A program made the position numbers and the translations under genes. A stretch of 55,468 nt of DNA, counting the filler, from Sluysia triapertura (lineage: Eukaryota): the NCBI GenBank assembly GCA_046118255.1. It is 4 parts of 4 records of this genome, joined end to end, with 100 filler letters (N's around TTAATTAATTAA, not from the genome) between each part and the next. Parts side by side here need not be neighbours in the genome. Positions count along the whole stretch, not along the records: positions 32,134 to 44,260 come from JBJNIA010136729.1; positions 44,361 to 55,468 come from JBJNIA010188765.1; 2 more parts are not named here. One strand, given 5' to 3'. A model generated the notes under the pieces. It searched no databases and was not told where the DNA came from. It was given only the letters and a program-made list of their open reading frames with translations. Positions within the stretch are counted from its first letter, which is position 1. Each line of letters begins with the position of its first letter. Shown one piece after another: positions 41,511 to 51,559 of this stretch.

Positions 41511-42029
41511 CCAGCATCGAAATAATATAAATAAGTATAAAAAATAATATTTTGTAGAATTTTGACCAGTATTGAAACAATATAAGAAATTTGACCAATA
41601 TTACAATAATATAAATAAAGATATAAGTTTAAGAAGATTTTAAGGATCAATATTAACAAGATTTTGAAAAATTTAATAAGATTTTTATAAGAATTTATGA
41701 TTTTTAAGAAGAATTAACATAAAGATTAAGTAATTTAGAAGATTTTTTGACTAATACTGACATAAGAATTAAGAAGAATTTAGAATCATTATTGAATAAT
41801 TTAAGAATTCATGAAACACTTTTGAGGATTAAGATTAAGTATTTCAAGGATTATTAGTGAATTAATATTAAGAATTTAAGTATTGTATTAAGATTTCGTT
41901 AAGAATAAGATAAATTTAAGCAAAATTATTACTCCCTAAGTCGATTATTGATAGATTTAGTAAACTTTAAGAAAAATAGATAAGCGAGTTGTACTTTCAG
42001 AAGATTACAGATCAAAGTTAAGGAATTAT

Positions 42030-43104
42030 ATGGCTTTAGCTAATGAATTTAAAGATGAATTTACCTGAAATGAAAAAATTTGACGGAACAGAGGAAGATC
42101 TCTGCGATTTCTTCTGCGTATAGCAGAAGCTAATGGCTGGAATGAAGCCAAGAAAATAAAACGGATCCAAAATTACCTAACTGGAGTAGCTATCCAGACA
42201 TATAAAGAAATAAGTGATAATAAGAAAACTTGGAATGAATTTGTTAATGCATTTACAAAAGAAATAGCCCTTGATGATATGGGTAAATATTATGCAAAAA
42301 TGCTCAATACTAGAATACAAAAACCTAATGAATCTGTATATGAATATACTTGCGCTCTTAAAAGCCTTGTTGCTAGAGCAAAAATTCCAGAAGCTAACAG
42401 AGAAGTAACATTGAAAGATAAATTGAAAACTGGATTACGACCTGAATTAATAACTTATGTTAACTTAATAGAAGGAAAACCTTTTAAAGAATTAATTCAA
42501 ATATTAAGGAACATTGAACGCTCAATTATACATAAGAAAAATAAGAATAATATTGATATATAAGCGATAACGAAGAAAAGGGAGATAAAAGCATGAAATT
42601 AACAAGAAATAATTATAATGATAATAAATTTAACTCACGAAATTATGAAGAATATAATGATAACAACTAGAGTCAGGAACGACATAATAGCCCACGTAGA
42701 GGCAATAATAATTCAAATTCAAATAATTATAGAAGCAATGATAATTGCAGAAATAATTTTAAAGGTAATTCAAATAATTATAGAAGAAACAGTTCGAACA
42801 ATGACAGGGGTAGCTCAAACAATTATAGAGGAAGTAATAATAATAGATGATTCTATATAGAACAAGTAATTATGGTGCTTCTAATTATGAACAAAGACCA
42901 GTACCGAGATGGCCACCAAGTTCTAGTTTTAATAGGAATAGAAGTAAAAGTCCAACAAGATATGAAAACAATAATAAGACTCAAACTAATATAGATGGAG
43001 AATTAATCTTTGACAACTGTAATAAGAAAGGACATTATGCAAGAGATTGTAGGAATTTAAGACAAAATGTATTTACTCAGGATTTTAATAAGGTAAGGGG
43101 ATAA
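42030..43104 (+). pseudogene. gag: Ty3/Gypsy gag (capsid + zinc knuckle), frameshifted
   Basis: LPEMKKFDG, AEANGWNEAKK...YLTGVA...Y, TWNEFVNAF, RIQKPNESVYEY (retrotransposon gag MHR-like), GLRPEL, an N/R/Y-rich linker, and FDNCNKKGHYARDC (CCHC knuckle with the first Cys lost). Confidence 0.93.
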
Positions 43105-44260
43105 TACCAAAGCCCCAATGGGAAGGTAAGGTTTAGTTACAATAACAGTAGGAATAATAAGGGACAGGTTACTTGTAATTATAGAAGCCAAAAATATTAT
43201 GAAAATGAATATGAAGATGAAGAACAACAACATAAAGAAGAAAGGAACAGAAGCAGAAGACAACCAAGAAGAAGAGAAACGGGTAGTGATGAAGAAGATA
43301 ATAAATACCTTAAGTTAATTTCAGATGAAGAAACGAATGAAATGCTACGGGAATTCTATATTACTGGATTGGGTTGTGACAAAAATAGATTTAAAAATAA
43401 ACAAGAAAAAGAAATTTTTATGAGTTATATATATGATAGATATTTAGAATTTCAAAAAGATAAACAAAGAAGAGAGCAATGAGAAAAAGAAGAAAATAGA
43501 TTAACCATCCAATCAATTCAGGTAAGAATTCGGGAATTATTTTCGGAAGAGAGTATTGAACAAATAAAGGAGATAAAAGAAGTAACATCAAATGAAGATA
43601 AAAAGAAAAGGATTCAAGAATTAATTGACAAATGGGAAGGAAAGATGAAGAAACCAGACTTAGATAAGCCAGTTGATAAAGAAATAGAAAGTAATGATGA
43701 AATAGAAGAGGAATTGAATACAGAATCATCTCCAACAGAAGAAGAATAGAGTTTAGAATCAAGCTCAACAGAAGAAAAGATAAAACAAGAAGGAAATCAA
43801 TAAAACAACTCAGAATTAAGTGATGATCAAGAAGTAGAGACATATAGAAAATATAATTTACAATAACAAAACAGATGATGAAGAAATTCAAGCAGAAGAA
43901 ATGGAATTGGATGATGAAGATGCTTATTACAGTGGCACCGAAGGAATGGAAATAGAAGAAATGGAATCAATAATGATAGCGGCTAACGATAAAATAAATA
44001 CCTCAGAAATTAAAGAAGTTAATCAAAAAGTTGAAGAATTTTTAGCTAATATGACACGTGGCAAAGATTTAAATGATTTATTGAATTCGGAATTAAGTTT
44101 ACAAAATGGACATGATAAAAAATTAGTATTAGCTATTTTAAGTAAGGAAGATAGTTTATATAAGACAAAGGTGAGAAAATTATTGTCGAACCCATATTTT
44201 ACGTCATTTTAAAAAAATAATAATTTGATTGAGAATTTAGAAAGAAGAATGACACTAGAG
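43105..44260 (+). pseudogene. Decayed Glu/Lys-rich polyprotein extension after gag (no protease/RT reached before the spacer)
   Basis: Strong GAA/AAA codon bias with scattered stops. ORF 43901-44212 is acidic and helical-looking. Confidence 0.65.
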
Positions 44261-44360
44261 NNNNNNNNNNNNNNNNNNNNNNNNNNNNNNNNNNNNNNNN
44301 NNNNTTAATTAATTAANNNNNNNNNNNNNNNNNNNNNNNNNNNNNNNNNNNNNNNNNNNN
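44261..44360. other. Artificial contig spacer
   Basis: 44 N + TTAATTAATTAA + 44 N. Confidence 0.97.
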
Positions 44361-44569
44361 TTTACTATAACTGTGTGTTAAGAATGATTATAAATACAAA
44401 TTTGTGGATAAAGAATAAATTTATGTTATATTATTATATTATTTTAATTAATAATGAGCCTGTTACGTGCCTTAAGCACGATTTCATAATCAAGATCATT
44501 TCAAAAATTATAAAAATCTTTCTGATAAAATAAATGATAAAATTAATAACAATAATAATTCTTCATTAA

Positions 44570-45576
44570 TTTCTAAACTCAAACATCATAATTACAATTC
44601 TAATATCAGTGAACATATATCCACAATAGTCCTCCTTTTTCTATTGTGATTTTATCTACTATGTCTGTTAATACTTTAGCCTTTTTTAGGGGGAACAAAA
44701 TTTCTTACCAAACGGCTTGAACGTCTTCTTTAGTTTATATTTGAAATGTTTTTTGATTCAAAAAGTTTCAGCTTTCTCTTTAATTCTGTTAATCCTATTA
44801 TTTCAATATTTTCGTTTTTTACATACTTCTTCTATTGGTGATTCATCATCTTTTTGATATAGAAATAGAGAAACTAAGTTAAATTTCACTTGATTTAAGA
44901 ATATCAGGGGGCATTTGAATTTATTTAATTCATAAAATAACGTTGATTATCCGGCATCGCAACTTGTTTTATCGATTCTATAATACAACCGAGATATCAT
45001 ATTTCCTTTCTCAATATCGAAACTTTCATTGTATGACTTTAAACTTACTACATACTTTTCTTGGACAGCTGCATTATGATAAAATTTACCTTCGTATTCG
45101 ATAGATCCTCTTTCACATGTTCCTTCTGAATGTAAATTGCTTGCAGTTCTAATATAAATTATTTTTTCATTGTTTCTTATTTAAACCTACATATCCGGTC
45201 TAAAACGCATCTTTGCAATTATTTTAAAATGTTTTAGTATATTTGATAACTCCATTATTGAACAGTGACCGTGGCATCCATAGTACGATATTGCTAGTGA
45301 CCTTTTAGCTGTGCATTCTCTTGCTAAAGTAGTGACTAGGTTTCCTTCCTGATAAATATTTAAAACTTGTGTGTCTCTTATTTGTACTCGATTCGTTCTG
45401 GATTCTGGACAATCTTCTGTATCTAACAAAGAGAATTTTCTATCAATTTGTGGTTTACTGCAGTCAAAGGCTTTTATATCGTTGGTTTTGTTTATTCCAA
45501 ACGTAGCTAATAATGTTATTACGAGGAGCGAATTATTGAGTGAATTACTTAATTTAGGCATGGTATTGTTTAACAT
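44570..45576 (-). pseudogene. Chuvirus-like (gB-like) envelope glycoprotein, N-terminal half, frameshifted and truncated
   Basis: Hydrophobic leader LLVITLLATFG, then AFDC...FSLLDTEDC...YQ...EC...SYYGCHGHCS. After frameshifts: CKDAF*TGYV, EGTCERGSIEYEGKFYHNAAVQEKYVVSL, SCDAG*STLFY...C, DYCGYMF. Order and spacing resemble chuvirus-type G (GYDC, SLLD..C, YCG.H.H.S, C....TG, G.C.G, NVVVQ, CGY). Confidence 0.8.
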
Positions 45577-46821
45577 AACATTGTTCTTAAATAAACTTGA
45601 TAAAATATCGGAGGATTCATTTTAATTATTCATTTGCATTAATTGTATTTCTCCAACCTTCTTGTTTGTCAATCCAGAGTTTAAGTTTCTTATCGATAAA
45701 TTATATGACTTATCGATTTTCTCCATAGTTAGTGACTTTGCTTTATCATATTGAAATGTTACACAAGCTAAAATTATTTCAATTGTTTCATTATTAACCA
45801 GTTAATTTATTTATTTTAGTTTACAGTGCTCAGTATCTATATAATTTTCTATATAATATTGTTGGGATTGCCCAACTGTGGATGAGGAGTTGAGCAAAAG
45901 GCACATGGAACCATAAATTGGAATAAGAGTTGATACGAAGTGAGAGATTGAGCATTATAAATATTGTAGAAAAGGAATAATGAAAATAAAAACGTTGATA
46001 ATAAGGTTAGCAGCTGAAGAATACTTTGACCTTCCAAAGACCTACATAAGATGTCGAGAACTTGTGGAGGCGTGAATTGGACTTAAAAAACCTTTGAAGG
46101 AATTAGAATATCTGTGAATTTGTTAATTCAATGATCATCGAAGACTTTATCAACCTTTAAGTATTCTTGAAACCTTGATAAGCATCTAAGACCTCGAGTA
46201 ATCTTATAAAGTGTTTAAAATATTTAAAAGACTTGAGAAATAATATAGTTGTTCAAAATAATAAAGTTAAGTTTAAGATGGTAAAAATTAACATGAAGAA
46301 CAAGAAAAAGGAATCAGAGAGGTGAAGGTAAAAACATCTAGAGCCTCATGAATGCTTTATAAAACCTTTAAACATAAAATAAGTTTAAAAATAGAATTAA
46401 TTAATTCAAATTTTAATTAACTTAATTAAGAAAAAGGTACGTTTTTATGAATGTGAAATGCTATGTTAAATTTGAAACTGTGTTTGTATTTGTTTTGAAA
46501 AGTCCTTTCGATGAAGGTATGGTTTTACGGAGTTCATGCAAGGAAAGCCTCAATATTGAGCAAAGTCAAATTTTAATTAATTTTTAATTATGAAATGTTA
46601 AATTTTTAATACTTCGAGTAATGCAAATATGATCATTGGAATGCGAGATGATTGCTATGAAAGAGGAGAATCTATGAATGAACTCGAAATGTTTGTAAAA
46701 TGGTTGATTTGAGAATATTTTTCATTAGAAAATTAGGTGTGAAAAATCGAAAATCAATTAAATTCTAAAAAGTGACATTAAATTCATTATTTTTATGTAT
46801 GTTAATAATATTGTTAATTGT

Positions 46822-47150
46822 TATTTTAATGTGAAAATAGATTGAGTAGAGTAAAAGAAAATGATGGCTAATAATAAATCAAATTTCTATGTTTGGTACA
46901 TAATGAAGTTTGATAGACCGTACCATGTAAATGTCAAAGTTGTTCTTGTCGGTTTGATTGTTAAAGAGGTTAGGATGATTTATGTGAGAGAGTGTTTGCT
47001 TGTGAGACTTAAGATTGATTGGATAATGAAAGAGTATAAAATAAAATTTGTACAACACAAGACACAGTCACACATTCACACAATCCTACCCGCATTGAAG
47101 AACCATGCATGTGGTAATCTTTTTATTTATTTTTACGTTTTATTATTTTA
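46822..47150 (+). repeat. Copy 1 of a diverged ~330-bp direct repeat containing TATAAAA (47035)
   Basis: Collinear with 49950-50275 (TGAGTAGAGTAAAA, AAGTTTGA.AGACCGTACCAT, CGGTTTGATT, AGAGTATAAAATAAA, TACAACACAA, CCATGCAT..GGTAA). Confidence 0.88.
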
Positions 47151-47810
47151 TTATTTTAAATAAACTAAAATAAGTAAATTTTTTTGGTAAGTATCTTAAG
47201 AATAGTCTTGTGGGAGACACTCAGCCCACATCATTTTATTTTGAATTAATTATTTTATTTTTAGCAATTTTAATTCAACTTTCTGGGAGACACCCTGTCC
47301 AGTTTATTTTTAAAATATTTTGAATTATTTGATTTTTAGCGATTTTAAGTATTGAAATAACTTTGTGCACACACTTTAAAAGCAGAAACGATTATGCAAA
47401 ACATTGTCCTTATCTCATCCTCTAAAACAATTTGTAACACGACCTGCTTAAGTCTGAAAAACTTGCAGAAGTACGAGTGGGACCAATTGGTGCCAGCAGC
47501 GGTGAAAGGGTTAACAGTGTTAGGGCTTTTATTTTATGAGAGCTGTCCTCTTGACTTAAAATGACTGAGTTTGATTTAATACTTTGTTCATCACTCCAAG
47601 TCATATATGAAGTGAGTAAACTATCCACATTTTTGTCAATATTTTTTTGCTTCTGCGATACCGCTTTGTAAATCTTTAAGGAACTTTCGTGCCTCTTTAC
47701 CTAGAGCTCGCTTAGGAGTATTCTCTTCTTTTTCTTCATTGGCTGAAATTTCCACTCGGATTACCTACTTTTAGTTTACCTTTATTTCGTCCTTATTTAT
47801 TGGCTCATCG

Positions 47811-48277
47811 ATGGGTTGGTGCATAAGTTCGTGCAGTTTTTTACAATTATGAAAAATGCATACTGATCAAAAATAAAAACCATGCAAAAAATTCCAAATT
47901 GAGTTTATTAAATCATTAGAAAAAACAAATGTCGCAGTCTCAAATATCTCCGCCACAATCGATCACTTCCTTCCACCGTTCTGTCAGTTTGTCAATCCTA
48001 CGTTTGAAGAAGCTTGATGATTTGGGGCTATGCTTCTTCGTTTTCAAATGTGAGACCAGAAAGATGGTTCGACATGGAACGGAAAAGGAGTAGATGCCGG
48101 AAATGTTCATTTTTATCTACATGACACTCCATTTTAATGAGGATAATGAAAGTGTAGTCTAAAATGATTTAAAAAGATAAATCAGCTGAATGAATATAAC
48201 TCAAATCAGTCAAAACAAGAAGTTGGTGTGTTTTCTTTGAAACAAGTAAAATCGCACGAATTTAAGCACCAACCCAA
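47811..48277 (-). mobile_element. Internally deleted mariner (DD34D) element
   Basis: TIRs TGGGTTGGTGCATAAGTTCGTGC and GCACGAATTTAAGCACCAACCCAA|TA. Minus strand encodes LFRSMSNHLSGLTFENEE and SFFKRRIDKLTERWKEVIDCGG. Confidence 0.93.
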
Positions 48278-48964
48278 TATCTCTTCGAGTAGATCTGTTT
48301 CATTTCCGTCATTAATTGATGTTTGATACGTATCATCTGTATCATCTGAATTTCTTCTATTTTCATATTTTCTTCTATTTCACATCTACCACCTTATTGG
48401 TTACTTTCATTTTTCTGCATTTTTGTAAAAAAATTTAAAATTTGTACATACAAATAATATATAAATGTCTTTTTCTTTTCGTTGTGTTTCTTTTTCTTTG
48501 AAGTCGTAATCATCTTCCAATTTCATTATATGGAATTCCTGCGGAACTTTAACTGTTTCTGTTAAACCACTTCGCCTTCTCCGTATCCCTCTCCTTCACA
48601 TTCTTCGTCATAACTATCATAATTATCTTGTTCTTATCTTTCGTAGTTCTAATTAACTTGTACCATTTTAAAATTTCGAAACTCTGTCATCATTCTTAGT
48701 CAGTTTAGAAAAAACTGTCGCTGCAAATTTTTTAAGGTAATACTAATTGTATTTAAGAAAATTAGTGTTACAAAATTAGTATTTCTAAAATCTATTTTTA
48801 GAAAAAATATTAAATTTCCTCGATATATTGAGCGATAAAATCCAGGTAATATAACTTATTAATACAATTTTAATTGTATCTCTTTTCTTTATTTTATAAA
48901 TTTATAATTGTATCATAAAGGTTTTTGAATTTATAGTTTTAACATTATTAATTACGATAATCTT

Positions 48965-49080
48965 AGAGAAAGTATTTACTGATATTTATTAACTCATCAA
49001 GTTACACGAACATCCACTATTCGTTGTAAGTCGCTTGCTGTGACCGGACCCTGCTAAAAATATTTTACTGTAAGTTGAGT
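48965..49080. mobile_element. Internal fragment related to the Tc2/pogo element at 36262-37008
   Basis: CGTTGTAAGTCG.TTG.TGT.AC..GAC..TGCT.AAAAATATTTT is shared with ~36770-36850. Confidence 0.7.
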
Positions 49081-49949
49081 ATTAGAAAAACCGCAGCATA
49101 TTTATTACTATTATTAACTTTATTATTAAAATATTGTTATTATTTTAAGGCTCAGCAGCTGCCAAAGCTGAAAAATGTCACAATGATTGTTGAACACATC
49201 TTCCAATAATTTGTTTGAATCGGTGATGAATAATTATATTATAAATATTAAATTGAAAATATCTGTAAAAAATAATAGAAAAATATGTATAATTTAAATA
49301 TTGAGAAATAAAGTAAAAGTCTGTAAAATAAAATACAAATGGAAACCAGCACTAAGTTCCTGATGTATCGATCTGGTAGTACTACTTGGAGATGATGTAA
49401 TAAATGAAATTAAGTAAATTTTACATATTTATAAATTAAATTCTCCTTAAAAAATAATGATACTTTTCAAAATATATCTGCAAAGTTGCTTATTAATCAA
49501 ATTTTGCTTTTTCAATGATATTCGTCAAAAAATATATATTCAAGGTTTGCTTCGTAAATAATTAAATATATCTTAGAAATATTTAAACTCCACATAAATT
49601 TTGTATTTAGTTTCTAATAAAAAATTTGTTTATATATCATTTAATTTTTACTTCACCATGGAAACCCGACAATTTATATTGACAAAACAAAAATTTTAAA
49701 ATATTTAATATTAATTATTTGCTCACAAAAATAAATATTATACAATGTTTTAATATTAGTAATTTTAAATATTATTTTAATTATTATTTGATATTAATAT
49801 TAAATATTTACTTACTTTTAAATTTTAATAATTTTATTTTTAAGAATTTAATTATAATTTTAATTTAATTATAATTTCAAAAGAATTTAATGATAATTTC
49901 AATGTTTATTAATTATAAAATACTAGAAACTAGAAAAAGATGCCTTTAC

Positions 49950-50275
49950 ATTTTAATGTGAGAAGTAATTTTAGTAAAAATAGACTGAGTAGAGTAAAAA
50001 GAAATGATAGTAGATAATAAATCAGATTTATATGTTTTGTACCTAATAAAGTTTGACAGACCGTACCATATAGTTGTCATTGGCGGTTTGATTCTCAAAG
50101 AGATTTGGATGATTTGTGTGAGAAAGTGCTTGATTGTGAGGTTGTGAATTTATTGGATACGAGAGTATAAAATAAAGATTTCAAAATTTTTACAACACAA
50201 TAATACAATAACACAACAATGATGATAGAAGATCCATGCATAGGGTAAAATTTTTAATTTTTTTTTATTTATTTA
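49950..50275 (+). repeat. Copy 2 of the ~330-bp direct repeat (TATAAAA at 50166)
   Basis: See copy 1. Confidence 0.88.
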
Positions 50276-50740
50276 TTACCATTAAGGCAGTAAATTTTGC
50301 ATCACAGGTAAATTCACTAATTATTTCATTTATAATTAGATTCATTGTTGTAAAACCACATCAATATGATCTAATGAATGAAATTATGCAACAATTTAGA
50401 ACAATATTAAATAAGTTTAATACTGAACAGGTCCCTCTTCTTGCTGAGAAGGTAAATTACGTAGAAAACAGTATAAAATTGTAAAGTTTTTCAAGTAGAT
50501 GTTAAATAATATTTAAATAAGAAAAGCATTAAATTTTGTATTGTAATTGAAGCCAAAATGTTTTGTTATGAAAGTTTTACTAACATTTGTATATATAAAA
50601 TATTAATTTAAATTTCAGATCTTTATTTAATTAAATAACTAAAAGTATTTGTGAAAAAAAATTATTCAAACAAATATAATTTTACAGTGATTTGATATTG
50701 TTAATTTTCCTGATACAAAAATGTGACAATTTTGGATCAC

Positions 50741-51559
50741 TTAATTGTTATTTATAGAATATTGACTTTGTGAGTAATCATCTTTAACAGACATCCTTTT
50801 AATCTTATTTTGGGAATTTAGTAATTTATTCATTCCATACATATGCGATAAAGCGTTCACTGCTTCACTTTGATTGAATTTTAAATTTTGATATTGTGAA
50901 GCTGCTTTATTGGTTAAATTGCATTCAGTAACTCCATCAATCATTCCATAATTACCAGAATAATAAATATTCGATTGATATTTTCTTGGCGGTAAGAAAC
51001 TTCCAGACCAATCTCGGTCAAGTAAACTATCACAAATATCAATTTTTTGATCAGTATAAGTTATCATTACTTTACACACTGGATCATTTAGATTTTCTAT
51101 TACGGAAAGTTTTGTTAGTTTAGGTTCAGCTTGTCTTTTATAAAAAGTACTAGAAATTTTTTTTGCTTCTTTCGACATCGCAGAATGAAAAACAGGTATA
51201 TAGTTTAAAAAGTGTACAGATCTATAGCGACGCATAAATTCCGTTTCTACTTGAATTGATAAACGTACTTTGTTTAAATAAATTAAACGTAAATATTTTT
51301 GGTTTTGTACTGTATTAATTTCAGGATAAAATAGTGTACCATTTGGACGCAAAAAATCTAAATCAGCCAAATTCAAATTTTCAAGTATTTTTTTCCTTTT
51401 AAATTTACGCTTTAATATAACGATATTTTCATCATCAAGTTTAGTTTCTAACTTTGATCGACTTCTTAACTTTGAAAAAACATTTTTTCGTATATCACTA
51501 TTTAGGTTACATTTATTTTTTAAAAAGTTATTCTTATTGCCAAAATTACACTCATTCAT
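50741..51559 (-). CDS. Intact intronless 272-aa ORF of unknown function
   Basis: Longest uninterrupted ORF in a stop-rich AT background. Minus-strand TATATAAA at 51590-51597, ~30 nt before the ATG, and AATAAA at 50622-50627. Basic KRKFKRKK cluster. No family recognised. Confidence 0.6.
   Translation of the reverse strand: MNECNFGNKNNFLKNKCNLNSDIRKNVFSKLRSRSKLETKLDDENIVILKRKFKRKKILENLNLADLDFLRPNGTLFYPEINTVQNQKYLRLIYLNKVRLSIQVETEFMRRYRSVHFLNYIPVFHSAMSKEAKKISSTFYKRQAEPKLTKLSVIENLNDPVCKVMITYTDQKIDICDSLLDRDWSGSFLPPRKYQSNIYYSGNYGMIDGVTECNLTNKAASQYQNLKFNQSEAVNALSHMYGMNKLLNSQNKIKRMSVKDDYSQSQYSINNN

Noticed and set aside
43057-43891. Minus-strand hydrophobic ORFs (68 and 157 aa)
   Set aside because: Antisense shadows of the GAA-rich plus-strand polyprotein remnant.
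44620-44645. Minus-strand polypurine tract plus TG LTR start (GAAAAGGAGGACTATTGTGG)
   Set aside because: Equally explained as glycoprotein codons (EKEDYCGY), and no matching LTR is visible before the spacer. Unresolved.
45858-46190. BIR-like domain in a decayed plus-strand frame (YCWDC...EHYKYC)
   Set aside because: Spacing does not fit C-x2-C-x16-H-x6-C and there are several stops. Left unassigned.
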